This document shows, piece by piece, positions 35,412-46,537 of a stretch of DNA of 64,000 bases. Below the pieces are notes generated by a model. It did not search any database. It worked only from the letters and a program-made list of their open reading frames with translations, and was not told the DNA's origin. Source of the stretch: Candidatus Magasanikiibacteriota bacterium (lineage in GTDB: Bacteria; Patescibacteriota; Patescibacteriia; Magasanikbacterales; GWA2-37-8); contig JBKJTY010000035.1 in NCBI GenBank assembly GCA_046590235.1, positions 14,722 through 78,721 of the forward strand, read 5' to 3'. Position 1 is the first letter of the stretch; the number at the start of each line of letters is the position of its first letter. Made by a program: the position numbers and the translations under genes.

Positions 35412-38400
35412 ATGTCGAACGTATTAAAAGTAGGTAAAAAAGTACTTACAGTTGGTACAGTCATGAGCACTATGCTCTGGTCTGTCGGCGTAGCAGCATT
35501 GTTGCCAGTGGCAGCTTCAGCAGCTACTTGCCCAGCATTCAAGTCAGGCGACTTGTTAAAGGTAACTGGTAAACCAGCTATCTACGCTGTTGATTCCAAC
35601 GGTAAGGTTCTCTATTTCCCATCTGGCGATGAATTCAAAAGTTGGAATGTAGACGAAAAATACAGTGGTTACACAACTGTTTCTCAGGAATGTTACGACG
35701 CAATGCCAGTGCCTTCAGCATCACCATTCGGCGTTAACTACCGCGCAGGTTCAAACATCGTAAAACGCTCATCTTCTGATCAGCTTTACGTTGTTCAACC
35801 AGGCAACAAATTGGCAAAGATCACTGTAGATGCTGCTAAAGCTCTCTATGGTACATCTTTCAAAACAATGACTGTTGCTGATGTTTTCTGGCCAAACTAC
35901 TCCGCTAACCGCGGTGCAGATGTGACAGAAGCTAAAGCACACCCAGGTATGCTCGTCTCAAACGGCGGCAAAACTTGGTACGTTGATGCAGACGCTAAGT
36001 TGTGGGAAGTAACCGCAGCTGGTATGTCAGCAAACCGCTTCAAGGCTGCTTTTGTCCGCCCAGTAGCTGCTTCTGCAGTTGCAGGTTTGGTATCTGGTGG
36101 TGTTCTTGATGCATACAACGCAATGGTTGCAGACCGCACTCAAACTGGTGGTGGTTCTGCAGTTGTCCCAGGCACAGTTGTAACAGGTGGAGCTTTGACA
36201 GTCTCATTGGCTGCAAGTAACCCAGCTGGCAACAACTTGGCTTCTGGTTCAGCTTTCAACCAAGTTCTTAAATTGAACTTGTCTGCAGGTTCCCAGGACG
36301 TTTCTGTTACAGGCTTAACATTCCGCAAGAGTGGTTTTGCTGCTAACACAGTAATCAGTGGTCTCGATATCATCGATTCCTCTGGTACACGTCATGGCAA
36401 TGTTGCTTCCTCTGTTAACGCTGATAACGATGTCACTTTGCTTTTTGCAGGTGCTCCTATCACTGTTAAAGCAGGTACAACTGAAACTGCTACTCTCCGC
36501 ATTAACTTGGGAAGTACAGCTACAGCTGGTACACTTTCATTTAGTCTCTTGAACGCAAGTTCAGTCACATCTAACGGTTCCGTTGGTGGTTCCTTCCCTG
36601 TAGCTGGTAACGTATTTACCCTACAAAATGCTGGTAACTCCTTAGGTTCTGTTACTTTGGACGAAGCTGCAATCAGTGGTGCTAATGGCACAACATTAAA
36701 TGTTGATCCAAACAACCAGCAAGAAATTGCTAAATTCTCTTTCGCTGCTGGTAGTAATGAAGCTGTTAAACTCGGCAAATTGACTCTTTACAACAATGGT
36801 ACAGCTAGTGACAGTGATGTCATGGATGTGCAATTGGTTGCACAAGATGGTTCCGTTCTCGCTACTGCTCAGCAGGTTAACAAGAACGTTAACTTCGATT
36901 TGTCTGCAAACCCTTACTTGATCGACAAAGGTCAAACTAAGAGTTTGACTGTTCGCGCTAAAATCGTGAACGGCGCAGCTCGCACAATCCAATTCGTTGT
37001 TTACAACGACTACGATGCAGTGTTGACAGGTGTAAGTACAGGTACAAGTATCCTTTCAGTTGCAGGTGCTACTGACACTTCATTCCCAATCGGCAATGCA
37101 GGTGCTACTTACAACCAAGTAATAGTTGGTAGTGGTTCTATTTCCTTCAACAAGGATTCTAGCTCACCATCTGCTTCTGTTGCTCCAAACACAAGCGGCG
37201 TTGTTTTAGCAAAATACTTTGCTAAACCAACTGGCGAAAGTATGGAATTGCGCAAAATCGCTCTCGGCTTGGTAACAAGTACAGCTCAGGACATGTTCTC
37301 TGGATCCTTCACGGTGAGAGTTAACGGTGCTGCTGTATACAGTGGTTCACCAGACGCGGTTGTTAACCATGCTACTGTTTTGACTTCTATCACACTTTCA
37401 ACATACCCAACGTTGATTGCTGGTCAGAACAACTACATCACAGTTGAAGCTAACATCGATTCACAAGCTACAGGCGGTGCAACAAACATCGTCTACATGG
37501 ATTTGACTGAAGTTAAACGTTTGGTAACAAACGACATCACAGATCCAGGTGTTGGTATCTCACAAGCTAACCAAATTACAGTTCAGGCTGCTGCATTGAA
37601 AGTAACCACATTGGCTACTCCAGTTGCACAGTCAATCGTAGTTGGTACAAGCAACTTCATCTTAGCTCAATTCGAATTGAATCCTTCTTCCGTATCATCT
37701 GGTGAAGATGTACGCGTAAGTAAGATCATCGTTTCTGACGTTAAGACTGGTAGTGCAGCTTATACTGATATCTCCAACTTAGTTCTCTACGATCAGAATG
37801 GCAATGCTATTGCTACTTCTGCAAGTACTGCAACTAACGCAGCTTCTACAACATTCACATTTGCTAACGCTCTAGTAATCCCTAAGACGGGTTCTGTTCT
37901 GTTGACATTGAAGGGTGACGTAGTTGCTCGCGCAGGTTCAGGCACACACACATTCTCAGTAGTTAACGCTGCTGAAGTAACAGTTACAGGCAAGGATACA
38001 GGTAACTCTGTAACTCCATCTGTCGGAAACGGCAGTGGTCAAGCTATGACTGTTGCTACATCTGGCACACTCAACTTATCATTGGTATCTGGCACAAACG
38101 GTGCTCCTTCCAGTGACCAGGTTGTTACTGTTGGTCAGACTAATGTTCCAGTCTTTGCTTTCAAATTAACTGCACAGAACGAGCCAATCAAAGTTACAAC
38201 TTTGAAACTCACTGCTACAGGTACTTTGAACACAGTAAACGACTTGTCAAACATCAAGTTGTACCGCAACAATGAAACCACTCCATTTGCTTCTGCAAAT
38301 CAGATGGCTTCCAGCTCTGCAATCACAAACACTTCAACAGTGTTCACATGGACTGCAACTGACAACTTGCTTGCTGAAGCTGTTCAACCAGGCACATCCG

Positions 38401-39116
38401 TTACTATCTATGTCAAAGCTGACATCGGTATTGCTAACCAGGCTGTCCTCGGTGATAGTTTCCGCTTCGCAATCTTGGATGCTTCCACTGATCTTGTAGC
38501 AAAAGGTGCTTCAAGCGGTGCTTCAGCATCAGTTGCTGGTACTGCAGCTGTTGTAGGCAAAACCTACATCACTCCATTTAGTGTCAGTGTCACTGCAGAT
38601 GCTCCAACAGCAGGCAGTAGTGTTACACAAGCTATCTTGGCTGGTACACAGCTCGCTCGTATTAAGCTCACAAACAATGGTAGTGCTAAGGTCACTATTA
38701 CTGGCATCAAATTCACTAACAGTGGATCAACTGCTGGTACAACAAGTACCTTCAAACTTTGGTACTCTGACCAGAACTCTACTAACTATCTTGGTACTGT
38801 AGCTTCAAGTACAATGGGCTTCACAAACACATTGTCAAACATCGACTTTAGTAGCTTGGCAACAGCTGGTTCAACCTTCACTATTGATGGTGGTACTAGT
38901 CGCTATGTTACAGTAACAGTCGCTGCTTTAGGTGGTTCTTCTACATCTGGTGATACTTACCAGTTGTCTATCGCTTCAGTTGGCGATATCACCTATACTG
39001 CACAGGAAACCGATCTTGGTTACGACTCAAACAACACTGGCGGCGCTCTTTCAGGTGCTTCCAACACATTGTTTGCAGAAGGCAAACCAAGTATGGGCAC
39101 ATTGGTTAAACAATAA
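35412..39116 (+). CDS. Large secreted S-layer-like / major surface protein (1234 aa)
   Basis: Long signal peptide; A/T/S/V/G-rich repeated beta modules; strongly restricted codon usage (TTC, AAC, TAC, GCT, ACA) suggesting high expression. Confidence 0.7.
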   Translation: MSNVLKVGKKVLTVGTVMSTMLWSVGVAALLPVAASAATCPAFKSGDLLKVTGKPAIYAVDSNGKVLYFPSGDEFKSWNVDEKYSGYTTVSQECYDAMPVPSASPFGVNYRAGSNIVKRSSSDQLYVVQPGNKLAKITVDAAKALYGTSFKTMTVADVFWPNYSANRGADVTEAKAHPGMLVSNGGKTWYVDADAKLWEVTAAGMSANRFKAAFVRPVAASAVAGLVSGGVLDAYNAMVADRTQTGGGSAVVPGTVVTGGALTVSLAASNPAGNNLASGSAFNQVLKLNLSAGSQDVSVTGLTFRKSGFAANTVISGLDIIDSSGTRHGNVASSVNADNDVTLLFAGAPITVKAGTTETATLRINLGSTATAGTLSFSLLNASSVTSNGSVGGSFPVAGNVFTLQNAGNSLGSVTLDEAAISGANGTTLNVDPNNQQEIAKFSFAAGSNEAVKLGKLTLYNNGTASDSDVMDVQLVAQDGSVLATAQQVNKNVNFDLSANPYLIDKGQTKSLTVRAKIVNGAARTIQFVVYNDYDAVLTGVSTGTSILSVAGATDTSFPIGNAGATYNQVIVGSGSISFNKDSSSPSASVAPNTSGVVLAKYFAKPTGESMELRKIALGLVTSTAQDMFSGSFTVRVNGAAVYSGSPDAVVNHATVLTSITLSTYPTLIAGQNNYITVEANIDSQATGGATNIVYMDLTEVKRLVTNDITDPGVGISQANQITVQAAALKVTTLATPVAQSIVVGTSNFILAQFELNPSSVSSGEDVRVSKIIVSDVKTGSAAYTDISNLVLYDQNGNAIATSASTATNAASTTFTFANALVIPKTGSVLLTLKGDVVARAGSGTHTFSVVNAAEVTVTGKDTGNSVTPSVGNGSGQAMTVATSGTLNLSLVSGTNGAPSSDQVVTVGQTNVPVFAFKLTAQNEPIKVTTLKLTATGTLNTVNDLSNIKLYRNNETTPFASANQMASSSAITNTSTVFTWTATDNLLAEAVQPGTSVTIYVKADIGIANQAVLGDSFRFAILDASTDLVAKGASSGASASVAGTAAVVGKTYITPFSVSVTADAPTAGSSVTQAILAGTQLARIKLTNNGSAKVTITGIKFTNSGSTAGTTSTFKLWYSDQNSTNYLGTVASSTMGFTNTLSNIDFSSLATAGSTFTIDGGTSRYVTVTVAALGGSSTSGDTYQLSIASVGDITYTAQETDLGYDSNNTGGALSGASNTLFAEGKPSMGTLVKQ

Positions 39117-39164
39117 TCAATTAGCCTAACTAAGGTAACGTTTTCACAACGTAATAAAGTGACT

Positions 39165-39195
39165 AAACACCCCCGATTATATCGGGGGTGTTTTT
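39165..39195 (+). terminator. Intrinsic terminator after the S-layer-like gene
   Basis: AAACACCCCCGAT-TAT-ATCGGGGGTGTTTTT. Confidence 0.85.
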
Positions 39196-39263
39196 GTTTT
39201 ATGATGATTGACTTTTGAAGGTCTTTCCTCTAAACTATAGGAGTAATTTTGCTTAACTTTACT

Positions 39264-41321
39264 ATGCGTGAAACTATTGAAAAAGTCATTCGTCTGCTAC
39301 TCTACTGCACATTTTTTGTTCCATTAGTGGTCATGCCGACATCATTTATTTTTCCGTTTATCGTTCCAAAGATTATATTGTTTAGAACCATTGTAATCTG
39401 TATGGGCGCAGGGTACACCATGCTACTCTTTAGTAGTTGGAAAAATTATGCGCCGCGTCTCACCCCGGTTACAGGTGCTCTCTTGGCTTTTTTACTCAGC
39501 TTTACCATTTCAACCTTTGTTGGCATAGACACTTATCACAGTTTTTGGGACAATCATGAACGCATGCTTGGTCTATTTACGATTGCCCATTACGTTCTAT
39601 ACTATTTTGTTCTCAGCGCTGTTTTGAAAACATGGTCGGATTGGAAAACTGCTTGTAAATTATTTTTAATTGCCGGCTCACTTGTCATGTTTGTTGGTTT
39701 AATTCAAGCTGCAAACCCGTATTTCTTGTTAAATGGCGGCAGTGACCGTGTGGCAAGTACGCTTGGCAACTCAATCTACGTCGGGGCATACGGTCTATTT
39801 TTGATCTTTTTAAGCGTACTGATATTTTTGCGTGAAAGCGATGTATTATGGAAGTGGATTACAGTAGTAACTACCTTTTTAGCTTTTTGCGGCATTCTCT
39901 TTAGTGGAACTCGTGGTGCAATTCTTGGCTTAATGGCTGGGATTTTGACCGCAGTTGTGCTCTACATCGTATGTTTAAAGGACCATCTCCGAACAAGAAA
40001 AATGCTAACGGGGATTATTGCGGCCGGCGTAATTATAACTGGAGTAATGTATGTAAACCGCACAAGCGAATTTGTTCTTAACATTCCAGCTGTCAGCCGT
40101 GTACTTAACACTTCAGTTGAGAGTGTTAAGAATAGTCCTCGCGCTTACGCGTGGAAAGCAGCTGTTGAGAGTTGGAAAGATAAACCAGTATTTGGTTGGG
40201 GTCCAAACAATTTTTACTACGCCTTTAATGAAAATTACAATCCGCACACGTTACGTTTTGGCTATGGTGAAACATGGTTTGATAATGCGCATAACATTAT
40301 TCTAAATACCTTAGCAGTCCAAGGCATGTTTGGGGTTATTAGCTACTTAGCGATATTTTGTGCCGGGGTGGTTATGCTAAATCGCGCCCATAAACAGCAG
40401 CGAATTAATATACATCTGTTTGTTGTTGGTACAGCTTTTCTAGTGGCGCATTTAATCCAAAATATTACCGTTTTTGAAAATCCAACATCATACCTATATT
40501 TTATGTTCTGGTTAGCGATGATCAATCGTATGACCCAGGTAGTAGAAACTGTTGATGTAAAAAGCAGTAAACCATTTAAAATTGTTAAAACATTTCATGT
40601 TGTCGTTGTTGGTGGTTTTGCCTTGATAGCAAACCTCATATTCAACTTTGAACCTGCTTCTGCAAACATGCAAACGTTAGCAACTATTCAGGCAATGAGT
40701 TCAGATCCAATTCGTGCTTTACCAGCAATCCAAGACACACTCAATAGAAACTCACCGCATATCGATGATATAAGAAACGATGTTGGTAGACAATTAATTG
40801 ATATCGTAGCAAATAACCATGAAAAGTTGGGCAAAGACAGAAGTATGCAACTTTTATTGGTTGCAGATGAAGCTTTACAGAAAAATTTGGTGTTACACCC
40901 GCGTGATATTCGAATTCATTTATTGATTGCTCAGCTTGATCAAACCGCTCTCCAGATAACCAACCAGCCACAATTCTTAATAGCAGCCGAAGAGTATACG
41001 CAAAAAGCGCTTTTGGAATCACCTCGACGTCAACAAGTAATCTATAGTTTGGCTAATATAAAGTTACAATTAGGTAAAAATGATGAAGCTATCGCCTTGC
41101 TACGAGGGGCGCTCAGTGATGATTCGACGATCGCTGAAACGTATTGGCGGCTAATGGTTGCCGAGAAAATGGCAAACCATGAAGATAAAGTTAAAGAAGT
41201 GTACTCGTTAGCTCAGCAAAACAAGATCACTTTTACTGCGGAAGAACAACAGATCGTTAACCGTGTTTTACTAGCTCCTCCTCCTACACCAGCAGCTGAT
41301 GTAAAGAAAGGTGTAAAATAA
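39264..41321 (+). CDS. O-antigen ligase/O-oligosaccharyltransferase-like protein with C-terminal TPR-like region
   Basis: RVASTLGN, SGTRGA, FGWGPNNF, DNAHN motifs; polytopic N-terminus. Confidence 0.85.
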   Translation: MRETIEKVIRLLLYCTFFVPLVVMPTSFIFPFIVPKIILFRTIVICMGAGYTMLLFSSWKNYAPRLTPVTGALLAFLLSFTISTFVGIDTYHSFWDNHERMLGLFTIAHYVLYYFVLSAVLKTWSDWKTACKLFLIAGSLVMFVGLIQAANPYFLLNGGSDRVASTLGNSIYVGAYGLFLIFLSVLIFLRESDVLWKWITVVTTFLAFCGILFSGTRGAILGLMAGILTAVVLYIVCLKDHLRTRKMLTGIIAAGVIITGVMYVNRTSEFVLNIPAVSRVLNTSVESVKNSPRAYAWKAAVESWKDKPVFGWGPNNFYYAFNENYNPHTLRFGYGETWFDNAHNIILNTLAVQGMFGVISYLAIFCAGVVMLNRAHKQQRINIHLFVVGTAFLVAHLIQNITVFENPTSYLYFMFWLAMINRMTQVVETVDVKSSKPFKIVKTFHVVVVGGFALIANLIFNFEPASANMQTLATIQAMSSDPIRALPAIQDTLNRNSPHIDDIRNDVGRQLIDIVANNHEKLGKDRSMQLLLVADEALQKNLVLHPRDIRIHLLIAQLDQTALQITNQPQFLIAAEEYTQKALLESPRRQQVIYSLANIKLQLGKNDEAIALLRGALSDDSTIAETYWRLMVAEKMANHEDKVKEVYSLAQQNKITFTAEEQQIVNRVLLAPPPTPAADVKKGVK

Positions 41322-41323
41322 GT

Positions 41324-42046
41324 ATGGTAAGGCCTACCTATTCAGTTGTCATACCAGTGTACAATGAAGAAAAGAGAATTCCGATTAACATCGATGCGAT
41401 TTTCTCTTTTTTTGCTGATGTAGGCAGTTCGGTAGAAATTATTTTTGTAAATGACGGGTCAAAAGACGCTACAGCAAGTGTATTGTCAGAATACCAGAAA
41501 AAATACTTTTTCACGGTAATCAACTATTCAATTAACCGTGGAAAAGGTTACGCTATCCGGGAAGGTGTAAAAAATGCAACAGGGGATTGGGTCGTATTTT
41601 TTGATATCGATCTTGCCACTCCGCTGCAAGAATTTATAAAGCTTATACAATTAAAAACAGATACCGACAATATCATCATTGGCAGTAGAAGAGTAGAGGG
41701 GGCACACATCAAAAAAAGTGAATCAAAGTTGCGGACATTTTTAGGGCAAGGATTTACTAAAATTTCGAACATACTTGTTCCAAATATTGCCGACTTTACT
41801 TGTGGATTTAAATGCTTCTCTCGACAAGCAGCGTTAACAATCTTTAGTCGAGCTCGAATCGATCGGTGGGGGTTCGATACGGAATTATTGTATATAGCTT
41901 ATCTCCATAAAATAGCTATCAAACAAATTCCTGTAGCTTGGTCGCACGATAATAATTCAAAAGTAAGAGTAATTAACGCTATCTTTAGCTCAATTAAAGA
42001 GTTGACGCAGATGAAGATAAACCAATTAAAGGGTTTGTATAAATAA
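41324..42046 (+). CDS. GT2, polyprenyl-phosphate glucosyltransferase-like
   Basis: VIPVYNEE, NRGKGYA, DIDLATP, DFTCGFK, WGFDTELL. Confidence 0.85.
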   Translation: MVRPTYSVVIPVYNEEKRIPINIDAIFSFFADVGSSVEIIFVNDGSKDATASVLSEYQKKYFFTVINYSINRGKGYAIREGVKNATGDWVVFFDIDLATPLQEFIKLIQLKTDTDNIIIGSRRVEGAHIKKSESKLRTFLGQGFTKISNILVPNIADFTCGFKCFSRQAALTIFSRARIDRWGFDTELLYIAYLHKIAIKQIPVAWSHDNNSKVRVINAIFSSIKELTQMKINQLKGLYK

Positions 42047-42047
42047 T

Positions 42048-42776
42048 ATGGAATTACACGAATACGCAAAAATGGATGCCATAGAAAAGGATCACTGGTG
42101 GTTTGTTGCCAAACGAAAGTTTTTAAGCGTGCTTGTTAGCAATTATGCGGGGGGCGATAAGAAAATGCTCGATATCGGTTGTGGCAGCGGGGCAGTGCTC
42201 GATTTTTTTAAAGCGAAAGGGTATCAAGCGGAGGGTGTCGATATGAGCGAAGCAGCTTTAGAATATTGTGATAAAAAAGGTTTGTCTGTAAAGCAGGGAA
42301 GAGCTGAAGAGTTACTGTATAGTGATAATTCTTTTGATATTATTATAGCTTCTGATGTCTTAGAGCATATTGATGATACGACGAGTGTGCTTAAGGAAAT
42401 TAAAAGAATTTTAAAACCAGGAGGTATATTTATCGTGACTGTGCCGGCTCACCAGTTCTTGTTTTCACAGCACGACATTGCCCTTCATCACGTCCGCCGT
42501 TATAGCAAAAAACTATTAGCACAAAGTTTACAAACGTATTTTTCGGTTGAATGGATCGGGTGGTTGCATGCAGCAATACTTCCGCTTGCCGTGATTGCTC
42601 GTTTGACACGCCGGTTTATTCCGAGCAAAAAAGATTCGGATGTCGGTGAATCAAGTAGGTTTGTTAATGCTATTATGAAAAAAATATATGCATTAGAATT
42701 TTTTTGGTTTAAACATTTGCATTTACCATGTGGATTGTCATTGGGTGCGGTAGTCAAAAAGGCTAAAAAAATTTAG
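42048..42776 (+). CDS. Class I SAM-dependent methyltransferase
   Basis: HWWF, LDIGCGSG, DVLEHI, HVRRY. Confidence 0.85.
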   Translation: MELHEYAKMDAIEKDHWWFVAKRKFLSVLVSNYAGGDKKMLDIGCGSGAVLDFFKAKGYQAEGVDMSEAALEYCDKKGLSVKQGRAEELLYSDNSFDIIIASDVLEHIDDTTSVLKEIKRILKPGGIFIVTVPAHQFLFSQHDIALHHVRRYSKKLLAQSLQTYFSVEWIGWLHAAILPLAVIARLTRRFIPSKKDSDVGESSRFVNAIMKKIYALEFFWFKHLHLPCGLSLGAVVKKAKKI

Positions 42777-42783
42777 GCTGCAT

Positions 42784-44304
42784 ATGTATTTTATCAAAAA
42801 GAACGCAATTATTTTAAGCGGAGTTAGTTGGTTGCTTGTGGCTTTTTTTTCAGTAATTCGGTATGCCGCTATTTTTAACTATAAGTGTTACTTTCTAACT
42901 AATTCATTTTTGTGCCGTACGGAGATTACAAGTAGTGAAAAAGTAATGCTTTTTTTACTTATTACAACTTTCATAGTAGGTGCGATTATTGGGGGGTATG
43001 GAATATGGAAGAGGTATACTGCTGGAGAAAAAGTCTTGCCGTATGAAGGTAAAAAAGCGTACGCTCTTGTGGCCAGCTTTGTGCTGCTAGCGTCGCTGAC
43101 TATTCCGTTTGGTTCAGGGGATTTTTCATATTACTTTAATACTGGGAAAGCTTTTTATCAAAATCAAAACCCATTTGTTGATGAGCGGAACATCGAGCAA
43201 CCCTTTGTAGGTCATGGTAAAGTGTCATCCCTGACCGGATTTACGTATGGGCCGTTAGCCGGGCTGGTCTTTGAAAGGTTTTACGCGTTTAGCCACGATA
43301 GTCAAATTTATTTCATAACTCTTTGGAGACTGTTTATTATCCTCATTACTCTAGCTTGTTGCGGTACAATTGTTAAAATTATCCGCTTGCTTGGTTCAAA
43401 AGCTGAATACGCTAATTGCGCACTAGTATTACTTTTGCAACCGCTCTTTTTATTTGAAGTCATAGTTAATTGTCACTTTGACTTACTGTGGTTATTATTT
43501 GTATTACTGGCGCTATGGGCTGCTATCTTAAAGCGCTGGTGGCTCGTTATTCCGCTGCTTAGTATTGGGATATGGCTCAAATTTATACCGTTACTTTTGA
43601 TCCCATTCTTTGCGTTGTGGTGGTGGCAAGAACTCACAATGGTTAATTGGAAAAAAAGAGTAACAGAAATCGCTCTTAGTAGTTTAGTTGCTGCAATTAT
43701 AACTGTAGTAGCTTGGTGGCCGCTATGGGAAGGTTTTCGTGTGTTTGACTCCTTTATGCTTCAGACAAAATGGGCGGCAAACAGCATCTTCGCAGCTCTC
43801 TACTATTCATTAAAACCAAGCTTTGTTTGGTTATTACAGGATAAGGCCCACTGGTTTTTGACCAGACTCTTGCAAGGCTCGCTTATTATGTTTGGAACAT
43901 ACTTACTACTACCATATATAAAAAAAGTCTTCGCGGTAATTCGGAAAAAAGAACATTTAGCGCCATATGAATATGTGCAAATGATGTTCATTTCTCTTGT
44001 AGTGTATTCCTCACTGATTCAAAAGTCATTTTGGCCCTGGTACATTATTTGGTTGTTACCGTTTGGGGTCATAGTCTATGAAAAAACAAAAAACGTTTTG
44101 TTGGGGCAGCTATTAACATGGTTGAGTCTGGCACCATTAAGTTTCTATCCCATTTGGCAACTTAATTGGGCAATCTTTAAGACAGACGCTGCTGCAACTA
44201 CTTGGTTTTGGTGGGTCCTTTTCATACTAATTTGGGTTTACCCACTTTCAAGATTGATTAAAATGAGAAAAAGTAATTTTGAACAACCAATCGACTCTAT
44301 TTAA
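42784..44304 (+). CDS. GT-C integral membrane glycosyltransferase (GT87/MptA-like)
   Basis: SGDFSYY, YGPL, NCHFD, KFIP, FWPWY; multiple TM segments. Confidence 0.7.
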   Translation: MYFIKKNAIILSGVSWLLVAFFSVIRYAAIFNYKCYFLTNSFLCRTEITSSEKVMLFLLITTFIVGAIIGGYGIWKRYTAGEKVLPYEGKKAYALVASFVLLASLTIPFGSGDFSYYFNTGKAFYQNQNPFVDERNIEQPFVGHGKVSSLTGFTYGPLAGLVFERFYAFSHDSQIYFITLWRLFIILITLACCGTIVKIIRLLGSKAEYANCALVLLLQPLFLFEVIVNCHFDLLWLLFVLLALWAAILKRWWLVIPLLSIGIWLKFIPLLLIPFFALWWWQELTMVNWKKRVTEIALSSLVAAIITVVAWWPLWEGFRVFDSFMLQTKWAANSIFAALYYSLKPSFVWLLQDKAHWFLTRLLQGSLIMFGTYLLLPYIKKVFAVIRKKEHLAPYEYVQMMFISLVVYSSLIQKSFWPWYIIWLLPFGVIVYEKTKNVLLGQLLTWLSLAPLSFYPIWQLNWAIFKTDAAATTWFWWVLFILIWVYPLSRLIKMRKSNFEQPIDSI

Positions 44305-44313
44305 TAGTATGTT

Positions 44314-45348
44314 ATGAATCAAAATACACCTAAAAAAGCACTTATCACTGGTATTACTGGGCAAGACGGCTCCTATCTTGCTGAGTTTTTATTAGAAAAG
44401 GGGTATGAAGTACACGGGATTATTCGTCGCTCAAGTAGTTTTAATACTGGACGCATTGACCATCTTTTTAAGGATCGACATGAAAAGAATGTTCGCCTCC
44501 ATCTTCATTATGGAGATTTAACTGATGGTACTAACTTAGAACGCATTCTTGCGAACGTGAAACCTGATGAAATTTATAACCTTGGTGCGCAGAGTCATGT
44601 AAAGGTTAGTTTTGAGATGCCAATCTATACAGCTGAAGCTGATGGCCTGGGAACAATACGCTTACTCGATGCAATTAAAGAATCTAAGTTGCCAATAAAA
44701 TTTTACCAGGCTGGTTCATCTGAAATGTTTGGTAAAGTTCTGGAAGTTCCACAGCGTGAAACTACGCCGTTTTATCCACGTAGCCCGTATGGGTGTGCCA
44801 AGGTGTTTTCTCATCATATTGCTGTAAATTATAGAGAAGCGTACAATATGTTTGTCTGTAACGGCATATTGTTTAACCATGAATCACCTCGTCGAGGTCA
44901 AACATTTGTTACTAAAAAGGTCACTAAGGGTTTAGCAAACATCAAGCTCGGCAAACAAGACGTGGTGTATGTTGGTAATCTAAATGCTAAACGCGACTGG
45001 GGTTTTGCCAAAGATTATGTTGAAGTGATGTGGCTTATGCTGCAGCAAGACAAGCCGGATGATTACGTTGTTGCAACAGGAGAAACACATAGCGTGCGGG
45101 AAATGATTGAAGTTGCTGGCAGTTATCTTGGTTTTACAATTACTTGGAAAGGTGAAGGTTTAGATGAAGTTGGTATTGATGCAAAAACCGGTAAGACAAT
45201 TATTAAAATTGATCCAGAATATTTCCGTCCGTCCGAAGTCGATCTGTTAATTGGTGATGCTACTAAAGCTAAGCAAAAATTAGGCTGGGAGCCAAAAGTT
45301 GGCTTTAAAGAGTTGATCAAAATTATGTGCGAAGCTGACCTCGTCTAA
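44314..45348 (+). CDS. gmd: GDP-mannose 4,6-dehydratase
   Basis: [36 protein letters not shown]. Confidence 0.98.
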   Translation: MNQNTPKKALITGITGQDGSYLAEFLLEKGYEVHGIIRRSSSFNTGRIDHLFKDRHEKNVRLHLHYGDLTDGTNLERILANVKPDEIYNLGAQSHVKVSFEMPIYTAEADGLGTIRLLDAIKESKLPIKFYQAGSSEMFGKVLEVPQRETTPFYPRSPYGCAKVFSHHIAVNYREAYNMFVCNGILFNHESPRRGQTFVTKKVTKGLANIKLGKQDVVYVGNLNAKRDWGFAKDYVEVMWLMLQQDKPDDYVVATGETHSVREMIEVAGSYLGFTITWKGEGLDEVGIDAKTGKTIIKIDPEYFRPSEVDLLIGDATKAKQKLGWEPKVGFKELIKIMCEADLV

Positions 45349-45365
45349 GAGAACTAATTACTTAT

Positions 45366-46535
45366 ATGATAAAACTTATCAAATCATCGTTTTATAACGA
45401 AAAAAAAACTAAACGTGCTTTAATAAGCTTTATAAAAAAAGCCAAGATTTTTAGCATGAACGATGAATGTGCCCGTTATGAGATTGAATTTGCTAAGAAA
45501 CAGCAACGTAAACATGCGGTATTTGTCAGTAGTGGCAGTATGGCAAATTTGGTTGTATTACAAGCTTTGTTAAATCGTGGTGATCTAAAGGTGGGGGATA
45601 ATGTAGGCGTCTCTGCTCTAACATGGGCCACTAATATCATGCCAATCATACAATTGGGCTTGAAGCCGGTTATAATGGATTGTAGTATAGAAAACCTTAA
45701 TGTCACCGCAGAAACGGTTATTGAAACATTAAAAAAATATAAACTTAAAGCTTTTTTTATCACGCATGTCCTAGGATTCTGTGCTGATATTGCTAAGATT
45801 AAAAAAATCTGTGATCAGGAAAAAATTATTCTTCTCGAAGATACGTGTGAGTCGCTTGGGTCAAAAGCAGAAGGAAAACTACTGGGGAACTTTGGTTTAG
45901 CCAGTACTTTTTCCAGCTTTGTCGGCCACCACTTTTCAACTATTGAAGGTGGAATGATCTGCACTGACGATTCAGAATTGCATGAGTATTTAGTAATGGC
46001 ACGTGCGCATGGTTGGGATAGGAATCTTACTCCAAAACAGCAGGCAGCTTGGAGAAAAAAATACAACATAGACGAGTTCTATTCTAAATACACCTTTTAT
46101 GATCTAGCTTATAACGCCCGTCCAACTGAAATCCAAGGTTTCATAGGTAAAACAACTATTGGCTATTGGAATACAATCGTTAAAAAACGTGAAGGACATT
46201 TTAAAAAACTACATAAAGCAACACTGGAAAACCCAGACATACTTCCGTTGAAGGTGGGTCATATGGATGTTGTGTCTAATTTTGCTATGCCGGTTGTTTT
46301 CAAAAGCAAAGAGCTTTGGAAGTTGTATCGTACCCGTTTTGAAAAAGCTAAAGTGGAGATCAGACCTATTATCGCTGGTAATATGTCAAAACAACCCTTT
46401 TTCACCAAGCGTGTAGCGAAAGGACAATCTTGCCCGGGGGCTGCGTTTGCTCACGAGAACGGCTTCTACTTTGGTAATAATCCAGAGTTAACCAAGAAAG
46501 AAGTGCAACAGCTCTGTACATTGCTTAAAAAATAA
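45366..46535 (+). CDS. colD: GDP-4-keto-6-deoxy-D-mannose 3-dehydratase (ColD-like)
   Basis: DegT fold with SSFVGHHFSTIEGG (His in place of the Schiff-base Lys), EDTCES, AHGWDR, IRPIIAGN; lies between gmd and a reductase. Confidence 0.8.
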   Translation: MIKLIKSSFYNEKKTKRALISFIKKAKIFSMNDECARYEIEFAKKQQRKHAVFVSSGSMANLVVLQALLNRGDLKVGDNVGVSALTWATNIMPIIQLGLKPVIMDCSIENLNVTAETVIETLKKYKLKAFFITHVLGFCADIAKIKKICDQEKIILLEDTCESLGSKAEGKLLGNFGLASTFSSFVGHHFSTIEGGMICTDDSELHEYLVMARAHGWDRNLTPKQQAAWRKKYNIDEFYSKYTFYDLAYNARPTEIQGFIGKTTIGYWNTIVKKREGHFKKLHKATLENPDILPLKVGHMDVVSNFAMPVVFKSKELWKLYRTRFEKAKVEIRPIIAGNMSKQPFFTKRVAKGQSCPGAAFAHENGFYFGNNPELTKKEVQQLCTLLKK

Positions 46536-46537
46536 TT

